A stretch of DNA of 64,000 nucleotides from an uncultured virus (IMG/VR IMGVR_UViG_3300043774_000645) (IMGVR_UViG_3300043774_000645), one strand, 5' to 3'. Shown: positions 9,315 to 18,066, counted from the stretch's first letter. The notes: generated from the letters alone by a model not told the origin. Program-made: numbers and translations.

Positions 9315-9349
9315 GAGAGAAAGCCAGCCCATTTCTAGGCTGGCCTCTC
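9315..9349 (-). terminator. Probable intrinsic terminator
   Basis: GCCAGCC/GGCTGGC stem followed by TTTCTCTC on minus strand, just after ORF 9361-9633. Confidence 0.6.
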
Positions 9350-9360
9350 AGTGAAGTTTA

Positions 9361-9633
9361 TTACTTCTTCTTTGCTGCTGCCTTCTTTGCAGGAGCCTTC
9401 TTAACTACCTTTGCAGACTTCAATGCTTTGTCTACAACTGATGTGTCAGGTAGGCGACCAAATGCTCTATCATTTGGATTAATTGCTCTTAATGCAACTG
9501 GAACCAATGCACCAAGTAGTGAGTATGCAAGTGTTGCTGGATCTGTAATTCCAGATGCATACATTGCTACTCCTGCTGAAAGTGCTGATCTTCCGTATGA
9601 TGCAAGTATTGCCTTTAGTTGTTCTGTATTCAT
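9361..9633 (-). CDS. Small membrane protein, holin-like, with Lys/Ala-rich tail
   Basis: Two hydrophobic segments; C-terminal KKAPAKKAAAKKK. Confidence 0.5.
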   Translation of the reverse strand: MNTEQLKAILASYGRSALSAGVAMYASGITDPATLAYSLLGALVPVALRAINPNDRAFGRLPDTSVVDKALKSAKVVKKAPAKKAAAKKK

Positions 9634-9643
9634 TTTATTCCTC

Positions 9644-9802
9644 CTAGGATATTGCTCTTGTTAGTACTGTAAAGCCAATCCATAGACCAATAATTCCTGC
9701 GACTCCCGCAAAAACTGGTGGTGCTGGAACTGGCAATTTGAATGCAGCAAATACTATACCGCATCCAAAACCTGTTAGTGTTGATAATATAATGTCTTTC
9801 AT
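9644..9802 (-). CDS. XapX/DUF1427-like small membrane protein (52 aa, not in ORF track)
   Basis: MKDIILSTLTGFGCGIVFAAFKLPVPAPPVFAGVAGIIGLWIG; LPVPAPP...G..GI.G motif. Confidence 0.75.
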   Translation of the reverse strand: MKDIILSTLTGFGCGIVFAAFKLPVPAPPVFAGVAGIIGLWIGFTVLTRAIS

Positions 9803-10545
9803 TTGTTTTCCGTTTCTTTGTATTGTTTTACAAAATTATTTATTCTTTTTCTTTCTTCATTGTCCCAACAAGAAAGCATTATTTCTTTTATTCCTTTATT
9901 TTTTATTTCTTCAACAACCAAACTAAATTGTTTATATGTAAAATTTTCCATGTCATCTTCATTTTTAATTTTATTTAAATTTGACAATTCTTCTTCTGTT
10001 TCTCTTAATGTGGGAGCTACAGATATCATTACATTTTTATTGTCTAGATCGTATATATTTTTTTTATATTGTGAATATGGAATTATTATTTTGCTGTTAT
10101 TTTTAATGGATGCATCAAAAACAAATTTATTTGTTACAGAAACATAATAGTCTATATTTTTTATTTTTATATTTTCAATTGCATCAATATACTTTATTAA
10201 ATAATTTGATCTATCTACATTAGAAGATAAATCATTAACCTCTCCAAGCACTCCTCCAAAATCTTTTTCTTCTTCTTTGATCCAGCCACTGATAAGATTA
10301 ACTTGTATTCTGTTTGGTGCAATTTCACTAATTGATTTGCTAATCATATGCAAATATTGTGGAGAAATAACGTATGGCCTAATTGCTACCATATACTTAA
10401 AGTTTCTTTTTCTATCAATATTTCTTGATATTCTGGTAAAAAAATCACCTTGATGAATATTGTAAGTAAATAATGCTCCACTGTAACTGTGTTCACATAG
10501 TTCTTCAACTTCTTGTAAACCATAAGAAAACATATAAAAATTCAT
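9799..10545 (-). CDS. Luciferase-like (LLM) flavin-dependent oxidoreductase, short/divergent
   Basis: FKYMVAIRPYVISP...SISEIAPNRIQVNLISGW resembles SsuD-type LKFLVA.RP...GR..IN.V.G. Confidence 0.65.
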   Translation of the reverse strand: MNFYMFSYGLQEVEELCEHSYSGALFTYNIHQGDFFTRISRNIDRKRNFKYMVAIRPYVISPQYLHMISKSISEIAPNRIQVNLISGWIKEEEKDFGGVLGEVNDLSSNVDRSNYLIKYIDAIENIKIKNIDYYVSVTNKFVFDASIKNNSKIIIPYSQYKKNIYDLDNKNVMISVAPTLRETEEELSNLNKIKNEDDMENFTYKQFSLVVEEIKNKGIKEIMLSCWDNEERKRINNFVKQYKETENK

Positions 10546-10955
10546 TATATTTTTTCCTCTGGCAATAAATGTTTTAATTCTTTGTATGCATATGAAATAT
10601 TTTTCATTGCCTGATAGTCTGGTCTTACCATTGATAAAGTGTCTCCATAGGTATCAAAATGTTTTATGTCTGAATCAACAGCATTAACAAAATTTTCTAA
10701 ACTATTTTGAACATCTTCAATATACTGATATGCCCAGTCACGAGATTCAGATAAAAACTTAATAAAGTTTTCTTTGTGTATGTTTTCTTCACTGTTAAGT
10801 TTATTTTCTTCAATGCTATTAAAATATTTTTCAAATAAAATATTTTTATTTTGAATTTTAGTGTACTCTTTTCTAATTACATTAATTCTGTACATTAAAA
10901 ATAAACAGAAAAAAGAAAACAAAAATACAGTAATAGCTAAAATTATCTCTATCAT
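10545..10955 (-). CDS. Hypothetical protein with N-terminal TM helix
   Basis: Hydrophobic N-terminus; coupled ORF. Confidence 0.6.
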   Translation of the reverse strand: MIEIILAITVFLFSFFCLFLMYRINVIRKEYTKIQNKNILFEKYFNSIEENKLNSEENIHKENFIKFLSESRDWAYQYIEDVQNSLENFVNAVDSDIKHFDTYGDTLSMVRPDYQAMKNISYAYKELKHLLPEEKI

Positions 10956-10970
10956 AGTTTTGTTTTAATC

Positions 10971-11315
10971 CTAAACAAAATGCTTTACAAGAAATGTTAA
11001 AGCTAATAATGACCAAAGTATATTAAACCAAATAATAGTTGGCATTGTTTTAATGGTTGATGACCAAATTAATAAAATGCTTGTTACTAGTGCAAAGATA
11101 TATAGCCACCAAATTGAAATACCAAAAAGCAAACCTGGAATTATAATTGCTGCTTTTGTAGTAAAAGCAAAGAACTCAACGGTATTAGGAACATTCCAAT
11201 ATGACTTAGTTCCCATAGTTTTTAAGGCAGTTGCCCATTGAAAATGCTTACGCCAATTTCCGTCAAATATTTCTTTATTTGTAAAAAAGTTTGGATCTTT
11301 ATAGTTCTTTGTCAT
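10971..11315 (-). CDS. Hypothetical membrane protein
   Basis: About three hydrophobic segments in the C-terminal half. Confidence 0.6.
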   Translation of the reverse strand: MTKNYKDPNFFTNKEIFDGNWRKHFQWATALKTMGTKSYWNVPNTVEFFAFTTKAAIIIPGLLFGISIWWLYIFALVTSILLIWSSTIKTMPTIIWFNILWSLLALTFLVKHFV

Positions 11316-11542
11316 TTTAATACCTCCCTAGTAACTAATACAATTGCTCCGTTTTGCTCTAATGCCTCTTTTAATTTTACCACATACTGAAGGGCTTGTA
11401 TTTTTTCATCATGTACCATATCTATAAAACTTTTTTCATTAAGCTTTATAGTTAAAAAATGCTCATTATCAATAATCGCAACACTAAAATTTTTAGGTGG
11501 AATAATTGAGTGAAAGGCTTTTTTCATACTATCTGTGTACAT
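11312..11542 (-). CDS. Hypothetical protein
   Basis: Coupled ORF in gene run. Confidence 0.6.
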   Translation of the reverse strand: MYTDSMKKAFHSIIPPKNFSVAIIDNEHFLTIKLNEKSFIDMVHDEKIQALQYVVKLKEALEQNGAIVLVTREVLK

Positions 11543-11709
11543 TATTTTTCCTTTATATATGGATCAAGTCTATCCCAATGACCATTAGAACTACCCTGAT
11601 ACACCTGTCCAGTTTCTCTGTCAACAAGAAGCCACTTTGTTGGAACCTTTGTGTGTATAATTATGTCAATTGGATTTTTAAGTTCTTCAAATTCTTTATG
11701 AGTTCTCAT
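11542..11709 (-). CDS. Hypothetical protein
   Basis: Likely ATG 11709 (MRTHKEF) preceded by GGAG. Confidence 0.55.
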   Translation of the reverse strand: MRTHKEFEELKNPIDIIIHTKVPTKWLLVDRETGQVYQGSSNGHWDRLDPYIKEK

Positions 11710-11911
11710 CTGATCTCCAATGCAAAAATGACTTAATATATACAATTCCGTAGGCAATAGCAGCAACTATAAATCCATACTGTTTTGTTGTTACAGCATA
11801 AATAATCCACAAAACTTCATTTACGCAAAGGATTAGCCAACCCCAAATTGTTTTTCTACCAACAAGAAATATTCCCGTTACACCAATTGCTGCCAATATC
11901 CATGACCACAT
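11696..11911 (-). CDS. Small 3-TM protein, PnuC/SemiSWEET half-transporter-like
   Basis: GIFLVGRKTIWGW...NEVLWIIYA...QYG pattern. Confidence 0.5.
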   Translation of the reverse strand: MWSWILAAIGVTGIFLVGRKTIWGWLILCVNEVLWIIYAVTTKQYGFIVAAIAYGIVYIKSFLHWRSDENS

Positions 11912-12213
11912 TATTCTTTTTCCTCATTGTCTACATAAAAGAATAATTCTTCAAGAGAGCTCCATCCTATATCTTCTTTAACGTCTAAAGAGTCTAGAAA
12001 AATATTCCATGTTTCATAAACATACTGTTTTGCCATTTCACTTGCTTCAACAAGTTCTGCCTCAATAAAATATGCCAATGGCAACCCAATATCGTTGTAG
12101 CTAATAAAATCTTTAAAGTCTTTTTCGTGCTTATAGTTTAGCCAAAGATCAGAAAGAATAGAGCAAATGCTTTCAAATTCAGTTACTGATTCTCCGTTGT
12201 TAGCGTTTTCCAT
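11911..12213 (-). CDS. Hypothetical acidic protein
   Basis: Coupled ORF. Confidence 0.6.
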   Translation of the reverse strand: MENANNGESVTEFESICSILSDLWLNYKHEKDFKDFISYNDIGLPLAYFIEAELVEASEMAKQYVYETWNIFLDSLDVKEDIGWSSLEELFFYVDNEEKE

Positions 12214-12470
12214 AATTCACCCCACTGTTCTTTATTCCTATGCCTTGAAAACTCTTTTGAGATTTCTCCATTTTCTAAATATATACCGCCCCAAACACCC
12301 CACTCTTTTCCAGATACACCGTTAGCAAAACATACTTTTGCTACTGGACATCTCATACACATACTATCTATTATTGGTCTAATCTCTATATCGTCTTCAT
12401 ATTTTTCAAAATACAGGTTTGTGTCTAAATCAAGACATACTGCATTATCTTTCCATAAATGTTGTTTCAA
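12183..12470 (-). CDS. whiB: WhiB-family Fe-S transcription factor
   Basis: W...A.C ... CMRCPVAKVC ... GVWGG: four Cys plus the G[V/I]WGG turn. Confidence 0.9.
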   Translation of the reverse strand: MKQHLWKDNAVCLDLDTNLYFEKYEDDIEIRPIIDSMCMRCPVAKVCFANGVSGKEWGVWGGIYLENGEISKEFSRHRNKEQWGELWKTLTTENQ

Positions 12471-12473
12471 GGA

Positions 12474-12683
12474 TTACTCCTTATACTTATTTGGAATATC
12501 CCAGCCATTACGATCAGGCACAAAGTACTTAGCTAAAAACCATTTGTTTTTAATTCGTATACCGTTTGGTGAAGTTCTTGCAATGTCAGAATGCTTTGTT
12601 TCTATTACTGTCCAACCATCCCAACTTAAGTTATAGTTTTTTGCAACAATTTTTTCCATAATTTCTAACTTATTTACTATCAT
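12474..12683 (-). CDS. Hypothetical protein
   Basis: ORF in gene run. Confidence 0.6.
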   Translation of the reverse strand: MIVNKLEIMEKIVAKNYNLSWDGWTVIETKHSDIARTSPNGIRIKNKWFLAKYFVPDRNGWDIPNKYKE

Positions 12684-12691
12684 CTTTATCC

Positions 12692-13042
12692 TTAATACCT
12701 ATAAATTCCGACTTCAATATTTTTGAGTTCGGCTTTTGCTACTAACTTTGAAGCTAATTCTTTTGGCTTGCTTAAAAATATTAAATAGTTAACATAGTCC
12801 ATATTTTCTTCAACATAGGAAACTGGAACTTTAAAAAATTTAATCTTTTTTCCTCTTGCCTTCATTCCACGTTCTGAAAGATTTGTAAATTCAGATACCA
12901 TAGAATTAATTTTTGTTGGTCCAACAGAATAAATTAGTAGCTCATTGTCTTCGCTTGGCATTGTTGACATTGCAACTGCCATTGCACGAAGAAAGACTTG
13001 GTAGTCATTAAAATCTTTCGTTCCTTGCACTGCCACTATCAT
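12692..13042 (-). CDS. SLOG-superfamily (YspA-like) protein, divergent
   Basis: MIVAVQGTKDFNDY resembles the SLOG N-terminal G(S/T)RxFxDY motif. Confidence 0.5.
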   Translation of the reverse strand: MIVAVQGTKDFNDYQVFLRAMAVAMSTMPSEDNELLIYSVGPTKINSMVSEFTNLSERGMKARGKKIKFFKVPVSYVEENMDYVNYLIFLSKPKELASKLVAKAELKNIEVGIYRY

Positions 13043-13427
13043 TATTATTTCCATTCTTTAAATTGTCTAATATAAACAACATTTTGTTTATATCGTTTTT
13101 TGTCATATTTTCAGTATTAACTGGTTGTGTTGTTTCTGAATCAACACCGCCATCAATAGTTTCAGCAGTATAAAATACATTATTGCTGACCCAATATGCT
13201 TTTTCTTCTATAAAAATAACCTTTACTGTGTTTTTTTCTAAGTGTTTTTCTGCTTGAGAAAGTTTTTTAGGCTTATCAAAAAAACCAGAAGGAATAAAGT
13301 TTTTAATTATTTCATGCATATTGCTTTGACTATACATAATCTTATTAATAACCTTACTTTTTCTTCTTCTATAAAGTATATACCCAAAGGAAAGCAATGT
13401 CAAGTTTACAAAGAGTATATATATCAT
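13008..13427 (-). CDS. Hypothetical protein with N-terminal TM anchor
   Basis: Hydrophobic N-terminus followed by RRRK. Confidence 0.6.
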   Translation of the reverse strand: MIYILFVNLTLLSFGYILYRRRKSKVINKIMYSQSNMHEIIKNFIPSGFFDKPKKLSQAEKHLEKNTVKVIFIEEKAYWVSNNVFYTAETIDGGVDSETTQPVNTENMTKNDINKMLFILDNLKNGNNNDSGSARNERF

Positions 13428-13435
13428 TATTTTTC

Positions 13436-13585
13436 TTAAAAATCAATCATTGGCTCCGACTGATTATCAGTCTTTTTAGTGTTTAGTTTGATTTGTGAAA
13501 CTAAATATTCTAACTCAAGGTCAGAAGATTTTTGTTTATAAAAGTTAATGATCTGTATAAGTTCATTTTTTTCTAAATCTTTCAT
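13436..13585 (-). CDS. Small hypothetical protein (49 aa, not in ORF track)
   Basis: MKDLEKNELIQIINFY...; fills intergenic gap, G-rich SD-like run upstream. Confidence 0.45.
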   Translation of the reverse strand: MKDLEKNELIQIINFYKQKSSDLELEYLVSQIKLNTKKTDNQSEPMIDF

Positions 13586-13600
13586 TGGTTTGGCTGCCCC

Positions 13601-14119
13601 CTATTTAATAAATTTTGTTAAATCAAAAACACTTTCACTCCATATTGTTTTATAAGATTTTTCTTCTTTAGAAGCAACAAACTCTGCATTGTTTCCATCA
13701 CCAACATTTTTTGGAGAACATGCAGGACAATCAGGGCAGTCAACACCCATAGCTTTACATGTTTCGCATCCACAACCCTTGTATGTTGATGTTACAGAGT
13801 TTCCTTCTGGAGTTCCTCCAGGAATTTTATTTATATCTACAGACTGATTTTCCATTTTTGCTGCGCCTTCCAATGTTTGTTTTTCTACATTTGTTATTGA
13901 GTCTGAGGCACTTATTGATGCACCAGAACTAGAATCTCCAATTCCACTTCTACGCACTCCATATCGCAAAACATTATCTTTTGTAGCATCTGGCACATTG
14001 GCATACAAAGCCCTTACTTGGTCTTCTGCCTCGCCTTTAGTTGGATGTGTACCAACGGTCTTTCCTTTGTCGTCTACTACAGCGTACTGTGACCCTAAAA
14101 GCTCAATTTGATATGGCAT
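13601..14119 (-). CDS. Hypothetical protein with Cys cluster, possible internal head protein
   Basis: N-terminal MPY..GTHPTK.EA..Q..ALYAN module; GCGCETC..DCPDCPAC; leaderless promoter at 14126-14134. Confidence 0.6.
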   Translation of the reverse strand: MPYQIELLGSQYAVVDDKGKTVGTHPTKGEAEDQVRALYANVPDATKDNVLRYGVRRSGIGDSSSGASISASDSITNVEKQTLEGAAKMENQSVDINKIPGGTPEGNSVTSTYKGCGCETCKAMGVDCPDCPACSPKNVGDGNNAEFVASKEEKSYKTIWSESVFDLTKFIK

Positions 14120-14137
14120 AGTAAAATTATACCAGAG

Positions 14138-14515
14138 TTATTGTCTTTTTAGAAGTCTTTTAATTTCATTTAAATGCCATTGATTTTCTTCAGACAAACT
14201 TAATATTTCTTCAGGGTCTAATGCCTTTTCTGAAATACTTACTATTGGATCATCTTCCATTAAGTCAATACTTAAAAAACCTTTTTCCCATAAATTAAGA
14301 ATATGAGAATTAACATCCCTTATGTGTTCTTCATAAAGTGCAGGCATTAAATCTTTAATTTTTGGCGTAAAAGAATATAGGAATTCTCCAACGTTAGGGT
14401 CTATGCCTGCAACCTCAATTCCACCATTTAATATTAGATAGTCAATAGAGTCCTGTTCTTCAGGTATCATATTTTTACCATCAGGATTAAATACCATTTT
14501 GAATATTTTTTTCAT
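14138..14515 (-). CDS. Hypothetical protein
   Basis: ORF in gene run (true start may be ATG 14470). Confidence 0.6.
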   Translation of the reverse strand: MKKIFKMVFNPDGKNMIPEEQDSIDYLILNGGIEVAGIDPNVGEFLYSFTPKIKDLMPALYEEHIRDVNSHILNLWEKGFLSIDLMEDDPIVSISEKALDPEEILSLSEENQWHLNEIKRLLKRQ

Positions 14516-14762
14516 AATTAACTAACCCCATTAATTTTTCTTGTGTTTGTGCTCCAGAGATTCTTTTTATTTCTTTGCCATCTTCAAGCAATATAAAAGT
14601 TGGAATAGACCTAACCTCATAATCTTCTGCAAGAGACAGCTCTGTATCTATGTCTATAAATAAAAACTTAGTAATGCTATCCTTGTTGATTTCTTCTACA
14701 ATTGGACGAACTTTTTTACAAGGGTTACACCAATCTGCTGTAAAATAAAGTATATGTCTCAT
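14487..14762 (-). CDS. Thioredoxin
   Basis: FTADWCNPCK, VRSIPT, DGKE. Confidence 0.92.
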   Translation of the reverse strand: MRHILYFTADWCNPCKKVRPIVEEINKDSITKFLFIDIDTELSLAEDYEVRSIPTFILLEDGKEIKRISGAQTQEKLMGLVNYEKNIQNGI

Positions 14763-15166
14763 TTGCCAGATTTACTTCTGGCTTTTGAAAGAGCATCAAA
14801 ATCTTTAACTTTAGTATCACCCATATATCCCCATGCATATCCATCATTAATCATCATATCATTAAGGGATACAGTGTCTCCATTGACATATACCCAGCCT
14901 AAAATGCGACCATATTTTTCTGATGAGTCCATTTTTTCAGTTTTAATAATAACAGATTTAGCATCCTTAAGGTGTTTTTTTAGATATTCTTTAGACTCTA
15001 ATCCTAAAACTTTTTCAGCTTTATCTTTTGTGCGAGATTCAGGAGTATCAATTCCAGCTAATCTTACACGGGATGCAAACATAATATCAAAACCTAAGTC
15101 AATAACAACATCTATTGTGTCTCCATCAACTACATTTGTTACATCTTTAACAAAATACTCATACAT
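14759..15166 (-). CDS. Thermonuclease (SNase-like)
   Basis: VVDGDTI, RVRLAGIDTPE, KYGRILG, GYA. Confidence 0.92.
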   Translation of the reverse strand: MYEYFVKDVTNVVDGDTIDVVIDLGFDIMFASRVRLAGIDTPESRTKDKAEKVLGLESKEYLKKHLKDAKSVIIKTEKMDSSEKYGRILGWVYVNGDTVSLNDMMINDGYAWGYMGDTKVKDFDALSKARSKSGK

Positions 15167-15168
15167 AA

Positions 15169-15390
15169 TTAATTATTTAACCTTGATCTCTCATCAATAA
15201 TTTCCACCATAAATTTCATCATGTTTATATATCCAGTGGCATTATTCATAATTTTATTATAGTGATGTGAACAAAAAAGTAATTCCCCTATATTTCCAAT
15301 TACTTTAATATATGCTTGTGATGGACAAGAGTCACACCTATCTGTTGCATCAAGCAGATAAACTTTATCTTGTATATCCATTGTATTCAT
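15169..15390 (-). CDS. Small zinc-binding hypothetical protein
   Basis: DRCDSC...LLFCSHH. Confidence 0.6.
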   Translation of the reverse strand: MNTMDIQDKVYLLDATDRCDSCPSQAYIKVIGNIGELLFCSHHYNKIMNNATGYINMMKFMVEIIDERSRLNN

Positions 15391-15396
15391 ATTATA

Positions 15397-15582
15397 CTAC
15401 CGCTTTCTATTATCAGTGGAATAAAATCCACTACCGCTGAAAACTGCTCCTACATTAGAGTATACACGAACTAGGTTACTATTGCAACTTTCACAAATAT
15501 ATCCAGGATCATGTTCTTTAATAGAACGTTCCTTTATGTATCTTTGTGCACATGGCATGCAATCATATTCGTAAATAGCCAT
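15397..15582 (-). CDS. FmdB-family zinc-ribbon protein
   Basis: MAIYEYDC..C...C..C...VFSGSGFYSTD. Confidence 0.85.
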   Translation of the reverse strand: MAIYEYDCMPCAQRYIKERSIKEHDPGYICESCNSNLVRVYSNVGAVFSGSGFYSTDNRKR

Positions 15583-15585
15583 TTT

Positions 15586-16188
15586 TTACCTTTCGTAAAA
15601 CCAAGTTACAATTGCATATTTTGTTCCATTAGTTACTGGATGAGCAATATGCCTATATGGGTAATTGGGAGGAAACAGAATTATTGTGCCAGCACTGGGC
15701 TTAATCTTTAAATTAAAATTAACAAACTCTATTTCACCACCCTCGTATTCGTCATTTAAATATAGCAGTCCAGATACGGCTCTTTTAGATTCTGGATAAG
15801 AGTCATAATGTGACCCAAAATGATCATTTTTTTCATATTTTAATAATTGAAAACCTTCACCACAAAATACATCATAATTAATACGCATTTCAGCTCTATA
15901 TGATACTAAACATTCATCAAAAACAAGGTTGCACTTGTCTTCTAGTTTTTTAAAATGCTCATTATATTTATTTCTATTTATGCGAACTTCTTGGCTTGTT
16001 CTGTATGCATCTACTAAATCAGTATTATTATTACTTATATCACCAAGTATAGTAGATCTTTTGTATGAAATATCTGACATTTTATCATTTAAAACTAACT
16101 CTACTGAATCAATAAAGTCATAGGGATCGCTAAATACGCCTTCATATATAGCAATTCCTGGTGCGGGAGTTGTGTTTTTATAAGTCAT
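15586..16188 (-). CDS. 2OG-Fe(II) oxygenase (prolyl-hydroxylase-like)
   Basis: HYD, LYLNDEYEGGE, H..HPVTNGTKY. Confidence 0.9.
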   Translation of the reverse strand: MTYKNTTPAPGIAIYEGVFSDPYDFIDSVELVLNDKMSDISYKRSTILGDISNNNTDLVDAYRTSQEVRINRNKYNEHFKKLEDKCNLVFDECLVSYRAEMRINYDVFCGEGFQLLKYEKNDHFGSHYDSYPESKRAVSGLLYLNDEYEGGEIEFVNFNLKIKPSAGTIILFPPNYPYRHIAHPVTNGTKYAIVTWFYER

Positions 16189-16388
16189 TACTTAATTTTA
16201 CGACCAAACTTTGCCCATACTCTTTCATGCAAAAAGTATCCAAGTGCTTCCCAACCAATATAGATAAGGGCTCCAAGACTTGCATATTCCCATTCTCCAG
16301 TAAAGATATAAATAACTCCAGCTACCCCTACTAAATGAAATGTTTCCCAGCTTAATGTCTTTAGCAAAGTTCTTTTAGTTGATTCCAT
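16188..16388 (-). CDS. DUF2061-like small membrane protein
   Basis: ESTKRTLLKTLSW...YFLHERVW. Confidence 0.8.
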   Translation of the reverse strand: MESTKRTLLKTLSWETFHLVGVAGVIYIFTGEWEYASLGALIYIGWEALGYFLHERVWAKFGRKIK

Positions 16389-16389
16389 G

Positions 16390-17211
16390 TTATTTTCCTT
16401 TGATTGCTTTTAGGGTATTTGAATCTACAATTCCATTAGGATTTATTGATTTAGATTTTTGAAAATCTTTTACTGCTTTTTCTGTTCCTGGACCAAACTG
16501 TCCATCTGCCTTTAATCCAAGAGCTTTTTGTATTTCTTTTACTTGTGGACCTTTAGATCCTTTTTTTAGTAAAGCAAATGTTACTTTAGCTTTTGCAGTT
16601 GTTTTTGTTGCTACAGTAGGCTTTTCTGAAACACTCTTTGCAGATTTAGGTGCTAGATCTGAAGAACCAACCTTAGATAACAATGGAGTATTTTCTTCTC
16701 CAGCATAAACTGGACGTCCCCATCCTACAATGCCATTAATAAGCTTTAGTTTATTGTCTTTAACGTATGCACGAGTTTTCTCTACGCACATTCCGCCATT
16801 TCTTTGGTCTCCTTTTGAAGTTCCTGAAGTATTTCCTTCAATAACTTGAATTGTTCCATTTCCGTTGTTCTTGATACAGATACCAACATGTGAAATTCTA
16901 TTAACACCATCTTCTGGAAAATCAAAATAAATCCAGTCTCCTGGGGTTGGATCATCATTACGTGCATCTGCCCAACGATTATTCTTTTTAAACCAATCCG
17001 ATGCTGCAACTGTTGATGCAGACTTTGGGTATTTCTTTGGGTCTAGCCCTGATGTAAATGCACACCAAGAAACAAATGATTGACACCATGGTTGAAAATT
17101 CATTCCAGTCCATTTACCATACTTTGTTTCGTTATCTTTTGGACCTTCAATGGTTCCAACTTCTTTCTTTGCAATTTCAATGATTGCTTCTAATGATCCT
17201 TTTGTTGACAT
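16390..17211 (-). CDS. Endolysin: CHAP domain plus peptidoglycan-binding domain
   Basis: QPWCQSFVSW, SHVGI, IEGNTS; C-terminal KGSKG..VK.IQ..DG.FGP.TE.AVK.FQ. Confidence 0.92.
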   Translation of the reverse strand: MSTKGSLEAIIEIAKKEVGTIEGPKDNETKYGKWTGMNFQPWCQSFVSWCAFTSGLDPKKYPKSASTVAASDWFKKNNRWADARNDDPTPGDWIYFDFPEDGVNRISHVGICIKNNGNGTIQVIEGNTSGTSKGDQRNGGMCVEKTRAYVKDNKLKLINGIVGWGRPVYAGEENTPLLSKVGSSDLAPKSAKSVSEKPTVATKTTAKAKVTFALLKKGSKGPQVKEIQKALGLKADGQFGPGTEKAVKDFQKSKSINPNGIVDSNTLKAIKGK

Positions 17212-17246
17212 GGTTCCTCCTAATAGCTGTCTAATTAATTATAGCA

Positions 17247-17522
17247 TTATGAGGCCTGTGATGTCAACCTATTATGAGTTCTTATCCTATGACAATTGGC
17301 ACAGACCACTTCACATTTTGCTATTTCTTTTTTTATTGCTGCCCAAGAAAATCCATCGTGAATCATTCTTGAGATATTGTATTTTTTATCATGTAGGTGA
17401 TCAAAGTCTAAAATTATATGATTTCTTGCTCCACAATCAACACAACCAGATGCTTCTTTTATTTCTGACAGTCTTTTTTTAAACTGTTGCTTGTTATAAT
17501 GTACCAACTCTTTGTTAGTCAT
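17247..17522 (-). CDS. Small HNH endonuclease
   Basis: CVDC...DFDH...VCANCHRIRT. Confidence 0.85.
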   Translation of the reverse strand: MTNKELVHYNKQQFKKRLSEIKEASGCVDCGARNHIILDFDHLHDKKYNISRMIHDGFSWAAIKKEIAKCEVVCANCHRIRTHNRLTSQAS

Positions 17523-17551
17523 AGGATTTAATTATACCAACAAATATTAAA

Positions 17552-17638
17552 ATGCCCCACACAGGTAATTCAGGCACGTTGGCCACGGTATATATTAATG
17601 GGTAACTAAACCATCTCTAAGGTCCTGTGTGGGGACAT
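17552..17638 (-). ncRNA. Candidate structured small RNA
   Basis: Perfect 11-bp GC-rich closing stem CCCCACACAGG/CCTGTGTGGGG enclosing two small hairpins; TACAAT box just upstream. Confidence 0.5.
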
Positions 17639-17648
17639 CTATATTGTA

Positions 17649-18065
17649 CTACTTGATTTTAATTGTTCTTGGTTTCTTTTCTTCAGGAACAATACGATCT
17701 ACATTAATATGTAGCATTCCATCTTTAAGGTCAGCACCAGTTACTTCCATGTACTCACCAAGAGCGAATGTGCGAGTAAACTTACGACCAGCAATTCCCT
17801 TGTGTACAACTTCTGCATCTGTTACTTCTACAATCTCACCCTTAATGATAAGTGTTCCATTGTCTACTGAAACATTAATGTCTTCTTTTGTAAATCCTGC
17901 AATAGCAAGAGATAGTCTATATGTATCTTCATCTAGCTTAAGAAGATCATATGGAGGGTATGACTGAGAGTTTGTTTTGTGTGCTGTATTGAGACGGCTT
18001 AGTTCTCTGTTAAAGCCAATAAAAAAAGGATCATTTAAAAGATCCATAGCAAACTGTGTTACCAT
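17649..18065 (-). CDS. Small heat-shock protein Hsp20 (IbpA-like)
   Basis: YPPYD, LAIAGF, HKGIAGRKFTRTFAL, DGMLHI, PEEKKPRTIKI. Confidence 0.95.
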   Translation of the reverse strand: MVTQFAMDLLNDPFFIGFNRELSRLNTAHKTNSQSYPPYDLLKLDEDTYRLSLAIAGFTKEDINVSVDNGTLIIKGEIVEVTDAEVVHKGIAGRKFTRTFALGEYMEVTGADLKDGMLHINVDRIVPEEKKPRTIKIK

Positions 18066-18066
18066 T

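Noticed and set aside
17247..17638. HNH plus adjacent RNA as an IscB/HEARO-like RNA-guided nuclease
   Set aside because: The HNH is only 91 aa with no RuvC or PLMP region and has its own promoter box; the RNA is far shorter than known omega/HEARO RNAs. A link is unsupported.
17552..17638. Assignment of the structured element to a known ribozyme or riboswitch
   Set aside because: I found no hammerhead CUGANGA/GAAA core or convincing match to other families by eye; left unassigned.
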